Shown piece by piece: positions 9,272 through 18,385 of a stretch of 64,000 nucleotides of DNA. The DNA lies in contig JBIKUX010000003.1 of the NCBI GenBank assembly GCA_044347345.1, forward strand, positions 59,983-123,982, read 5' to 3'. Under the pieces are notes generated by a model. The model searched no databases. It was given only the letters and a program-made list of their open reading frames with translations, and was not told where the DNA came from. The position numbers and the translations under genes were made by a program. This DNA comes from Bdellovibrionota bacterium (lineage in GTDB: Bacteria; Bdellovibrionota_C; UBA2361; JBIKUX01). Each line of letters begins with the position of its first letter. Position 1 is the first letter of the stretch.

Positions 9272-10375
9272 ATGGCGGAGTATTCTACCCCTGAACAGCG
9301 AACGGAGATGCCCACCGAAAAGCGGATGGGGGAGATCCGAAGAGAAGGTCAGTTATTCTTTTCTCGGGATATTTGTGTTGTAGCTACATTGTTTACGGGA
9401 GTATTAATCGTTCAGTGGTTAACAAAAAATCTTTTACAAGATATCTCTCAGTTGATGACGGTAATATTCGATAAGGCGGCTGAGGTTAAGGAGCTTTCTC
9501 AAGCCTCTGTAATGTCGTTGATCGGTGACTTAGTACTAAAAATTGCAGGAAGTGTTTTTATTATCGTTCTTACAATCGCGATAGTTGGTAGTCTTACTGT
9601 TTTGGTTCAAACTGGTTGGAATATAAAGGAAAAAAAAATTGATATAAAGTTTAGTAGATTAAATCCTATCGCGGGTTTTAAAAGAATTTTCTCAGTACAG
9701 GGATTTATAGCAACTGCTAAGGCGTTGTTAAAGCTTGTAATAATTCTTCCTATTGGTTTTTTAGCACTGAGAGACCATTTGTCTGAATTTATAAAACTCG
9801 TTTATTTTCCGATTCCAGCGTTACTCGTTTATACAGGAGTAACATCAAGACAAGTTTTTTATCAAGTATTTTATGTTCTTGTAGCATTTGCTTTATTTGA
9901 TTTTGTTTATGGAAAATTTCAGTGGCTGCGTCTGAACAAAATGACAAAAGATGAAGTAAAAGATGAGAAAAAAGCTATTGAGGGGGATGAAGCTACTAGA
10001 AGGCGAATTATTTCAAAAGGGATGCAGAGGATAACCCAACGAATAAAGGCCTCTGTACCAAAGGCACACGTTATTATAACCAATCCTACTCATTATGCGG
10101 TGGCTCTTAAATATGAAAGAGGTATAGATGATGCTCCAATAGTTGTCGCAAAAGGAAGAGGAGAAATAGCTTTAAGAATAAGGGAGATAGCGAAGGAAGC
10201 AGGAGTGCCAATTATTGAGAGAAAAGTTCTGGCTAGAGCTTTGTACGCTTCAGCTCGAGTGGGGAGTATAATTCCAAATGATCTATTTAAGGCAGTAGCA
10301 GAAGTATTTGCTTATCTTTATAGAGTTAAAACTCCGAGAAAGTTCATCACAAGTCCTCAAAAGATTCAACAGTAA
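9272..10375 (+). CDS. flhB: Flagellar export switch protein FlhB
   Basis: RTEMPTEKR, KMTKDEVKDE..EGD, autocleavage NPTH motif. Confidence 0.97.
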   Translation: MAEYSTPEQRTEMPTEKRMGEIRREGQLFFSRDICVVATLFTGVLIVQWLTKNLLQDISQLMTVIFDKAAEVKELSQASVMSLIGDLVLKIAGSVFIIVLTIAIVGSLTVLVQTGWNIKEKKIDIKFSRLNPIAGFKRIFSVQGFIATAKALLKLVIILPIGFLALRDHLSEFIKLVYFPIPALLVYTGVTSRQVFYQVFYVLVAFALFDFVYGKFQWLRLNKMTKDEVKDEKKAIEGDEATRRRIISKGMQRITQRIKASVPKAHVIITNPTHYAVALKYERGIDDAPIVVAKGRGEIALRIREIAKEAGVPIIERKVLARALYASARVGSIIPNDLFKAVAEVFAYLYRVKTPRKFITSPQKIQQ

Positions 10376-10391
10376 TACAAGGTAGGTTTTC

Positions 10392-12491
10392 ATGGCCTCA
10401 GAGAATAATGTGACTGGAAAAACTACGACAACATTGATAATTCCGGTTTCATTAATCGCAGTTCTTTTAATTTTGCTTTTTCCTCTTCCGACACAGCTTC
10501 TTGATGTAGGATTAGCGCTGAATATCACCGTATCGTTGATAATGCTGTTTGCAGCTCTGTATATCGAGAGGCCGCTATCTTTTTCCAGTTATCCTGCAAT
10601 GCTTCTTGTAACAACGTTGTTTCGTTTGGCCATGAATGTGGCGACTACTCGTCTTATTTTACTCTATGGTAATGAAGGGACAGATGCTGCTGGAAATGTT
10701 GTAAAAGCATTTGGTGAATTTGTTGTTGGCGGAAACTTTACTGTAGGAATTGTTATATTTATAGCAATAAGTTTGGTAAATCTTAAGGTTATTACCAAGG
10801 GTTCAAGTCGTATAGCGGAAGTAGCAGCCAGATTTACTCTTGATGCCATGCCTGGAAAACAAATGGCCATCGATTCAGATCTTAACACTGGAATTATCAA
10901 TGATAAGGAGGCTAGAAGAAGGCGAAGAGAGCTTGAACAAGAGGCTGAGTTTTATGGATCGATGGATGGTGCCGCTAAATTTGTGAGTGGAGATGCTGTA
11001 GCGGGAGTTTTTATTACAGGGATAAACATTGTTGGTGGATTTTTTATTGGAGTCTTCCAACTTGGAATGCCTTGGCTCGATGCCGCAACCACTTATACAC
11101 TTCTTACTATTGGTGATGGACTCGTAAGTCAGATTCCCGCTATTATTATTTCCACTTCAGCGGGGTTAATTGTAGCAAGAGCTTCAAGTGGAAAGGACTT
11201 GAGCTTAGAAGTTATTCAGCAGTTATCAGGGTCATCCCGTCCTCTTTTTCTAACAGCTGGCGTATGTTTTATTTTTGCTCTCTTACCTGGTCTACCCTTC
11301 ATACCCTTTACTGTTCTTTCTATAGCTAGTGGAGTATTTGGGTTTTTAAGGCAACAAACAATAAACGAACAAGTTTCCAAGGAAAAAAGTGAGGTAAGGT
11401 CAGCTGAGGTAGCTGACTTGCCTAAGCCAGGTAGTACAGAAGAAGTTATGAAGCTTCTCTCTCTTGATACACTTGAACTTGAAGTAGGGTTTGAGTTAGT
11501 AGCACTTGTTGAGGGGGGAGACCTTGTTGAAAGAATAAGATCAATTAGAAGACAGTTTGCCCTTGAGTATGGGTTTGTTATACCTCCGATTCATATAAGG
11601 GATAATGTTCGTTTAGGAGGATCTAAATATCAATTTCTTCTCAAGGGTAATGTAATTGGACAAGGAGAGCTTAAGACTCGCCATCTCCTTGCGATGGATC
11701 CAGGGTCTGTTAGTTCGCCAATATTGGGAACTCCTACTAAAGAACCAGCATTCGGACTAGAGGCATTATGGATAAATGAGTCTGATAGAGAAAGAGCTCA
11801 GGTACTGGGATACACTGTTGTAGACCTTTCTACAGTAGTGACTACGCACATTACCGAGATGATAAAAGCTCATATGCATGAGCTTCTTGGTCGCCAAGAG
11901 ACTCAGTTACTTCTTGATGCTGTAGCAAAGGATGCCCCTAAGGTAGTTGAAGAATTGGTGCCCACCCATTTATCTGTCGGTCAGGTTCAACAAGTCCTTA
12001 TTAGAATGCTCAGAGAGCAGATTAGCATTAGAGATCTACGAACAATTCTCGAGGTATTAGCTGACCATGCTCCTACCGTGAAACATCCAGAAAGGCTAGC
12101 AGAATATGTAAGGCGGAGAATATCCAGAGCTATTTGTGCCAAGTTTGTGGGAGATGAGGGGACTCTTGCATTGGTCAGTTTTAGTCCATCAGTAGAGAGG
12201 GTACTTAGCGAGTCACTACAAATGACTGATGATGGATCTTATCTTGGCCTTGAACCTGCATACGCTCAATCGATAATCGCTAAATTGTCACAATTGTCGA
12301 GTCGTTTTGCTGAAAATGGACAAACACCACTTTTGCTAGCACCCGGACATTTGCGTGCTGCTGTTGCATCTTTTGTCGAGAGATTTGTTCCAGGGTACTC
12401 AGTTTTGGGACACGGAGAGATACCGGCGCAAATGAAGGTGCAATCGCATGGTGTGGTTAATGTAGATTCTCGAGCTGCTGCTGCAGCCTAG
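10392..12491 (+). CDS. flhA: Flagellar export protein FlhA
   Basis: RIAEVAARFTLDAMPGKQMAIDSDL, FYGSMDGAAKFV, TIGDGLVSQIP. Confidence 0.98.
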   Translation: MASENNVTGKTTTTLIIPVSLIAVLLILLFPLPTQLLDVGLALNITVSLIMLFAALYIERPLSFSSYPAMLLVTTLFRLAMNVATTRLILLYGNEGTDAAGNVVKAFGEFVVGGNFTVGIVIFIAISLVNLKVITKGSSRIAEVAARFTLDAMPGKQMAIDSDLNTGIINDKEARRRRRELEQEAEFYGSMDGAAKFVSGDAVAGVFITGINIVGGFFIGVFQLGMPWLDAATTYTLLTIGDGLVSQIPAIIISTSAGLIVARASSGKDLSLEVIQQLSGSSRPLFLTAGVCFIFALLPGLPFIPFTVLSIASGVFGFLRQQTINEQVSKEKSEVRSAEVADLPKPGSTEEVMKLLSLDTLELEVGFELVALVEGGDLVERIRSIRRQFALEYGFVIPPIHIRDNVRLGGSKYQFLLKGNVIGQGELKTRHLLAMDPGSVSSPILGTPTKEPAFGLEALWINESDRERAQVLGYTVVDLSTVVTTHITEMIKAHMHELLGRQETQLLLDAVAKDAPKVVEELVPTHLSVGQVQQVLIRMLREQISIRDLRTILEVLADHAPTVKHPERLAEYVRRRISRAICAKFVGDEGTLALVSFSPSVERVLSESLQMTDDGSYLGLEPAYAQSIIAKLSQLSSRFAENGQTPLLLAPGHLRAAVASFVERFVPGYSVLGHGEIPAQMKVQSHGVVNVDSRAAAAA

Positions 12492-12509
12492 TTTTTTGTA
12501 TAGGAAGGT

Positions 12510-13517
12510 ATGATGTTGATAAGAACATTTCGAGGGCAAGAGCTCGGAGGCGTTTTAGCTCAGGTTAAGGAAGAGTTAGGGGATGATGTTGAGATAATCT
12601 CAACTCGTCAAGTTGGTAAACACGAAGTTGAAGTGTCGGTTTCATTTTCGCAGACCTCATTAGAACGTAAAAAAGTTGATACTTTGACTCCAACTTTCCA
12701 GCAGGAATCTAAGCAGAGATTAATTGACGGTGAATTAGGAAATATTCGAGAATTACGGGAAGCCTTAAATAAGCAAGGGTTACATCCACATTTTACGCAA
12801 CAGCTTATTCAGATAGCAAGCCATACAAATTTAGAAAAAGGTAGAGGAACAGTAGACCGATTGGCGGGTGCGTGTCTCGAAAATTTCCTGCGGTTTGATT
12901 CCTCATTACCAAACTCTAAGCGAATAGTAGCTCTGGTAGGACCAACAGGTGTAGGAAAAACTACTACAGTAGCAAAGCTAGCAGCTAATATGCGAATGGT
13001 GTTTAATATCTCAGTTGCTCTTATCTCAGCTGACACATTTCGAGTAGGTGCAGCGGATCATCTATCTAACTATGCAAATCTATTAGGAATTCCATGTTTA
13101 GCTGTTGACCCACAGTTACCTCTTTCTCAGGGATTATACCGCGGAGTGCGAGAGCTAGGAGCAATTGATCTTGTACTAGTAGATACATCAGGCTTTAGTC
13201 CAAGAGATACCGACCGTGTACGAGAAATGGGAAGGCAGCTAGGGCAACTCGAATGGTGTGAAAAGATACTATTACTTCCGGCTCCCAGTAACGATGTTGA
13301 TCTCAGAGCATCGGCGCGGGCATTTTCACTTCTTAATTGTTCAAGGGTAATTATATCGAAGACAGATGAAACCGGATTTATGGGACCTGTAGCAAACACT
13401 GTAATAAGTTTAGGGCGTCCCTTAGCTTTTTTTAATACCGGTCAAAGAGTTCCTGAGGATATTGAGCCTGCTTGTGCAGCTCGATTGGGGTGGATGCTTA
13501 CTCGCACGTTTCATTAA
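12510..13517 (+). CDS. flhF: SRP-family GTPase FlhF
   Basis: GPTGVGKTTT, DTFR, DTSG, GQRVPEDI; follows flhA. Confidence 0.95.
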   Translation: MMLIRTFRGQELGGVLAQVKEELGDDVEIISTRQVGKHEVEVSVSFSQTSLERKKVDTLTPTFQQESKQRLIDGELGNIRELREALNKQGLHPHFTQQLIQIASHTNLEKGRGTVDRLAGACLENFLRFDSSLPNSKRIVALVGPTGVGKTTTVAKLAANMRMVFNISVALISADTFRVGAADHLSNYANLLGIPCLAVDPQLPLSQGLYRGVRELGAIDLVLVDTSGFSPRDTDRVREMGRQLGQLEWCEKILLLPAPSNDVDLRASARAFSLLNCSRVIISKTDETGFMGPVANTVISLGRPLAFFNTGQRVPEDIEPACAARLGWMLTRTFH

Positions 13518-13547
13518 TTTTTTTACTATTTTAAAGGAGGATCTTAG

Positions 13548-14477
13548 ATGAGAGGGCAGGTATTTCATTTACCTAGTGACCAAGCAGAGACCCTTCGTGC
13601 CTTTCATCGGAGGAAGATGGCTCAAAAGGAGCGTCAAAGTCGGTCGACCGAGCCAGTGCGAGTTATAAGTGTGACAAGTGGTAAGGGTGGAGTAGGTAAG
13701 ACTTTTACCGTGGTTAATTTAGCGGTGGCACTTGCTGAACTTGGCAATAGAGTCGTTATTTTTGATGGAGATCTGGGACTCGCAAATGTTGATGTTATGG
13801 TTGGAGTAAGTCCGGTCTGGACCATTGAGCATGTTTTACTAGGAGAACGAACACTCGACGAAGTGGTGGTAGAGGGGCCAAATGGAATTAGTATTATTCC
13901 AGGTGGAAGTGGTGTGGGTTGGCTTGCATCTCTCACTCCTTGGCAGAGGCAGTACTTAGTTGACGCTGTGCAAGAAAGCTCTCTGTGTCCTGATTATTTT
14001 TTGATAGATACACCGGCTGGTATTGGATCAGAGGTACTTTTTCTTAATGCCGCGTCAAACGAAATATTGTGTGTTGTATCACCTGAGATCACCTCACTTA
14101 CTGATTCATATGCCTTGATTAAGATTCTTTCCGCTGAATACGGTGAGCGAGAAGTAAACGTTATTATCAATGGTGTGATAGACCGCGGAAACGGTATCGA
14201 AACTGAGGCTCAAAAAGTGTTCCATAGGCTCTCTTCTTCCCTAGAACGATTCTTGCATGTGCGTATTTCTTACTGGGGATGCATACCGGCGGAAGAGTTG
14301 GTGAGGGATTCGCTTGAGAGTCAGCGAGCACTTGTTACCGCATTTCCGAGTTCGCCCGCAGCGAGAGCGGTAGTGCGACTTGCGGAGCGTATCAACAAAG
14401 ATGCGCGTAGGTTAGCGGTTAAAGGTGGATTGCAGTTTTATTTCCAACGATTGTTGGAGGCAGGAGCCGGTGAGTGA
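13548..14477 (+). CDS. flhG: MinD-like ATPase FlhG/FleN
   Basis: SGKGGVGKT, DGDLGLANVD, TSLTDSYALIK; between flhF and fliA. Confidence 0.95.
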   Translation: MRGQVFHLPSDQAETLRAFHRRKMAQKERQSRSTEPVRVISVTSGKGGVGKTFTVVNLAVALAELGNRVVIFDGDLGLANVDVMVGVSPVWTIEHVLLGERTLDEVVVEGPNGISIIPGGSGVGWLASLTPWQRQYLVDAVQESSLCPDYFLIDTPAGIGSEVLFLNAASNEILCVVSPEITSLTDSYALIKILSAEYGEREVNVIINGVIDRGNGIETEAQKVFHRLSSSLERFLHVRISYWGCIPAEELVRDSLESQRALVTAFPSSPAARAVVRLAERINKDARRLAVKGGLQFYFQRLLEAGAGE

Positions 14478-14704
14478 CGACGGAGCGTCAAAATCAGGCC
14501 TATCTTGGATTGTTCCGAAGGCTTATTGCTGGAGTATCGATTCTTGCCTTGGTGGTGGTCGTCCTAGGAGGGATGCTAGCTGGAGCCAGAGTCATTACTG
14601 TTGCTTACCGTAGTTTCCTGGTCATGACGGTTACTAAGATAGTGGGCGTATTGCTAATCAAGGTACTAATTAACTACGAGGAGATCGGGCGTGACAAAGA
14701 CTAA
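14474..14704 (+). CDS. Small two-TM membrane protein, hypothetical
   Basis: 76 aa, two hydrophobic segments, overlaps both flhG stop and fliA start. Confidence 0.65.
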   Translation: MTTERQNQAYLGLFRRLIAGVSILALVVVVLGGMLAGARVITVAYRSFLVMTVTKIVGVLLIKVLINYEEIGRDKD

Positions 14705-15440
14705 ACGTTCAGTAGTAGAAGCTTATCGTACGATCAATGAGCATGAAAAAGAGGATTTGATCCGTAGTTACTTACCCTTGGTAAAGAGGGTTGTGCATAG
14801 GCTTTCAGGGCGGTTGCCAAAAGATGTTGATATGAAGGAGATGCTCAATTCGGGGATTATCGGTTTGGTAGATGCTCTTGAGAAATATGATCCGAAACAT
14901 GAAACCAAATTTTCCACCTATGCACAATTTCGCATTCGTGGCGCAATTCTGGACAGTTTTCGTTCGCAGGATTGGCTTCCTCGGTCTCTGAGGTATAAAT
15001 CGCACAAGGTTGAGTCCGCCTATCATCGAATAGAACAGAAGCTTGGGCGTCCTGCAACAGATGAGGAGGTAGCTGAGGAATTGAGGGTGGACGTGGAGGA
15101 ACTTCAGAGGTTACTAGCCGAAGTTGGCGGAGTGGTAATGCTCAGTTTTGAGGAGCTTGGGTTTGGTCACGGAGAGGAGCGTTTTGTTGCCGATGAGATG
15201 ATTGCTAGCAAGACTCAAGACCCTTTGAATCGCCTTCTCGGGGGTGAACGAGTAGAGTTAATAGCAAGAGCTCTCGATAGGTTACCGGAAAAAGAAAGAT
15301 TAGTGGTGAGCTTGTATTTTTATGAAGAGCTAAATTTAAAGGAAATTGGAGAAATTCTCGGAGTTACTGAGTCCCGCGCTTCGCAGATTCGTTCTCGTGC
15401 GCTCATCAGACTAAAGAACTTCCTCAAAAATGCAAAGTAG
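14691..15440 (+). CDS. fliA: Flagellar sigma factor FliA (sigma-28)
   Basis: KFSTYAQFRIRGAILD, DWLPRS, EELNLKEIGEILGVTESRASQI. Confidence 0.97.
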   Translation: MTKTKRSVVEAYRTINEHEKEDLIRSYLPLVKRVVHRLSGRLPKDVDMKEMLNSGIIGLVDALEKYDPKHETKFSTYAQFRIRGAILDSFRSQDWLPRSLRYKSHKVESAYHRIEQKLGRPATDEEVAEELRVDVEELQRLLAEVGGVVMLSFEELGFGHGEERFVADEMIASKTQDPLNRLLGGERVELIARALDRLPEKERLVVSLYFYEELNLKEIGEILGVTESRASQIRSRALIRLKNFLKNAK

Positions 15441-15470
15441 TAAAACAAAACTCAAACTAAACTCAAACTA

Positions 15471-15518
15471 GGGACATCCAATAATCATTGGGAAATAATA
15501 ATTGAGACATCCATTATT
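15471..15518 (+). repeat. Two copies of a GACATCCA motif (left flank of the RAYT region)
   Basis: GGGACATCCAAT at 15471 and TGAGACATCCATTATT at 15503; inverted relative to motifs at 17306-17342. Confidence 0.6.
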
Positions 15519-15654
15519 TTTCTCCTTTTCGTGATTCACCCAGTTTGTTCTGTTTATCTTACTTAATTGGTTTTCATATATCTCAAGTGACTTGGCTTTA
15601 CTTAGTTTGGAAGTGCAGTTTTGTATAGGAATCTTTGGGAATTGGAATTAGTAG

Positions 15655-16023
15655 ATGGCAACTATTTTGGTAGTGGAAGACACCCTTCTAATCAGAAAAC
15701 TAATTGCCACTCTGTTAGGTACTCAAGGACATACTGTTGTAGAAGCAGGAGATGGTGAAGAGGGATTAAAAGCACTCAGTTCGCCTGGAGCTGATCTGAT
15801 CATTACGGACATATCTATGCCGAACATGGACGGGAAACAGTTAATAATGGCTGTTAGGGAAAATCCAACAACTCAACATTTGCCGGTCGTTGTGTTGTCT
15901 GCCGATGAAGGTTCTGAGACAAAGCGACAAATGCTAGATCTTGGAGCTGCGTTAGTAATACCTAAGACTGGTCTTCATCGCGAACTGGTGCGTTGTATTA
16001 ACGACCTTTTGGTTGAATACTAA
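15655..16023 (+). CDS. Single-domain response regulator (CheY-like receiver)
   Basis: ILVVED, phosphoacceptor in ITDISMPNMDG, VVLS, conserved Lys in IPK; downstream of fliA. Confidence 0.9.
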   Translation: MATILVVEDTLLIRKLIATLLGTQGHTVVEAGDGEEGLKALSSPGADLIITDISMPNMDGKQLIMAVRENPTTQHLPVVVLSADEGSETKRQMLDLGAALVIPKTGLHRELVRCINDLLVEY

Positions 16024-16188
16024 AAAAGTAGAAAACGAGCGAGTTAATAATAAACAAATTTAATAGATCCGATATTTTAACAAGTCTCTATCAAAACCTC
16101 TTCCTTCCTTATTACAAAACTTCAATTAGTTTATTTATTCACTAAAGCTTGTTTTTATTAAGATATATCAGTTCATTAATTGTTTAAT

Positions 16189-17220
16189 TTATGTGACATC
16201 GCTAAAAAATAGCTTAGCCGCATAATGGCCTTGAAACCAAAGCTTGTTAGCTTTTTTTGCGGCGGACCTGAGCTGATTAGTAGTACCAATGGCTCGCCGA
16301 AAGTATTTAGCGAATTGTTCATTATTCTTCTCCCAAGCTGATATACTTATGTTTAGTTTGTCTAGAAGTGGCGTTATTTCTGGGGGTATGCGTCCTTTTT
16401 TCCCACGAACAAGAAATCTTCCCGTTTGATCAACTAAGGCAAGGTATTCTAATGTACTTACACTTTGATTTGTTGCGTCCTCTATCGTTATAAGGGTAGG
16501 GCTACCGTTGTTATCGTTTGGATCACTGTTATCGTTTGGATCACTGTTATATTTAGGATCACTGTGGCCAATTAAATTATAAATTCGTTCTTGAGCACTA
16601 GTATAGTCGCTATCTTCAATTGAGATTGCGCACTGAGCTCGAATAGGGTTTAAGTCAATGTAAGCGGCGGTAGCAATTATACCAGCAACATCAAATATGC
16701 GTTTACAATGGAATCGACCTTCCCAAAAACGTCCAGTACAGCCATCCTCTTTATTTGCTCTTCTGGCAATATATTCGTTAAGACGCCCATTAAACCAGCT
16801 TATACAACACAATCTCTTTCGATAAGTTTCCACCGCTGTCGGATTATTAATTATAGCCTGAACTTCAGGGTCAGATACGAGCAACGGTTTAGGATTTGTA
16901 TTACTGAGAATTCTTTTTGGAGGGCATAGAGTTAGCCATCTAAGAGCTACCTCTTCTGAGCTCCAAGCCTTCGCTAAATCAGGTCGAATACGTACCTGAA
17001 TGTGAAGATGATTGCTCATAATGCTTCTAGCAATAGTCTCAACAGCAAAAATTTTTACCAAAAAAGCGAGCCTATTATAAATCCAGATTTTTCGATGTTG
17101 AAATGATTTAGCGCTGTAAGAGTCATAACCGCAAAGAAAAGCTCGTCGGACGCATCGTGAAGTGCACATGTATGTACTAACTTCATCTTGGGAAACTATA
17201 TCACGTCGTGCTTGAGCCAT
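16189..17220 (-). mobile_element. REP-associated tyrosine transposase (RAYT/TnpA-REP, HUH Y1 superfamily), long type
   Basis: SRCVRRAFLCG, HUH motif MSNHLH, LNEYIARRANKED.CTGRFWEGRF, catalytic YIDLNPIRA; ATG at 17220 preferred. Confidence 0.88.
16510..16563. repeat. 18-bp tandem repeat x3 inside the transposase gene
   Basis: GTTATCGTTTGGATCACT x2 then GTTATATTTAGGATCACT; encodes SDPKYN-SDPNDN-SDPNDN. Confidence 0.9.
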
Positions 17221-17305
17221 AAGTAAAGATAATTTTAAAGATCTACTTTTTAGTGTCACTGATTGAGGGTAATCGATAGAGGGAATAAAAAGTTGCGAAA
17301 ATTTG

Positions 17306-17342
17306 TTGGGTGTCCTAGATGATTTATCTTAAATGGGTGTCT
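17306..17342 (-). repeat. Two copies of TGGGTGTC motif (right flank of the RAYT region)
   Basis: TTGGGTGTCCTAG at 17306 and AATGGGTGTCT at 17332; reverse complement GACACCCA. Confidence 0.65.
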
Positions 17343-17363
17343 AAGAAAGAATAAGAAAGAAAA

Positions 17364-18242
17364 ATGAATAGACCAAGACCGATAGACTTGCCACTTAGTC
17401 TCCCAGGATTTTTTAATTTTTTTAGTTCATGGGCTATGCAGATTGATAATGAGTGGGTAGTGGTTGACCCCGGATGTAGTGCTACCATTTCTCGCTTAAA
17501 GGAAGAATTACAGGCGAAAGGGTGCAGTCAAATTGATCACTTATTACTAACTCACATTCATTTAGACCATGCAGGTGGCACCGGATTACTCGTAGAGGAG
17601 TTTGGTGTAAGCGAAGTAGTATGTCATGAAAAAGCCATTCCTCATCTAGCTAATCCATCTGATCTTTGGGCGGGTTCCGTCAAAACATTGGGAGATTTAG
17701 CGGAAATTCAGGGTGAGCCTAAGCCTGTGCCCTCTACAATTCTAAAGTCTAACATATCTCATGTGGGAGGGGTGCCACTTACAATTTTTCCATCTCCTGG
17801 ACATGCTCCTCATCACATCTCATTCTTATTTTCTAACATGTTATTTGTAGGAGAAGCACTAGGAGTTATTATTCCAGAGTACGCGCCTAATTATTTGCGA
17901 CCTGCTACTCCTCATAGATTTATTCTGGAGCCATATTTAAACTCGATTGAGCGACTTAGAGCTGTACCTTGTGAATGGCTATGTTTTGGCCATTTCGGAG
18001 CCATAAGGCGAAGCGCAGAGATATTTGATAGAGCTTATAATCAAATTAATTTATGGATTAAGTTAGTGGCAGATTTTTATCATCCACCGAAGGTATCTTT
18101 AAAAGAATTTATATATATTCTTACTAAAAACGATCCTATGTTTGCTCCCTATTTAACTTTACCTGAATCGCTGCAAATGAGAGAGCAACGTTTTGTCGAG
18201 AATTCTATAAATGGTATTTTAAATTTTATAAGGACTGACTAA
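17364..18242 (+). CDS. MBL-fold metallo-hydrolase
   Basis: VDPG, THIHLDHAGG, PGHAPHH, FGHFG. Confidence 0.92.
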   Translation: MNRPRPIDLPLSLPGFFNFFSSWAMQIDNEWVVVDPGCSATISRLKEELQAKGCSQIDHLLLTHIHLDHAGGTGLLVEEFGVSEVVCHEKAIPHLANPSDLWAGSVKTLGDLAEIQGEPKPVPSTILKSNISHVGGVPLTIFPSPGHAPHHISFLFSNMLFVGEALGVIIPEYAPNYLRPATPHRFILEPYLNSIERLRAVPCEWLCFGHFGAIRRSAEIFDRAYNQINLWIKLVADFYHPPKVSLKEFIYILTKNDPMFAPYLTLPESLQMREQRFVENSINGILNFIRTD

Positions 18243-18385
18243 GTTAGGTTACTTCTCTTGCTTTATTTATAATGGCTGTAACCCTACACTTTGTATCATT
18301 GCTATGTGTAGCCTAAATTGAGTTGGGCTGCTCTTATCATATTAGATTAAAGTTAAAAAATGTTATTTTATTGGCAGAAAGTATA

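Noticed and set aside
7223-12491. Non-flagellar type III secretion system
   Set aside because: Context (motA, fliL, fliM, flhF, flhG, fliA) is clearly flagellar
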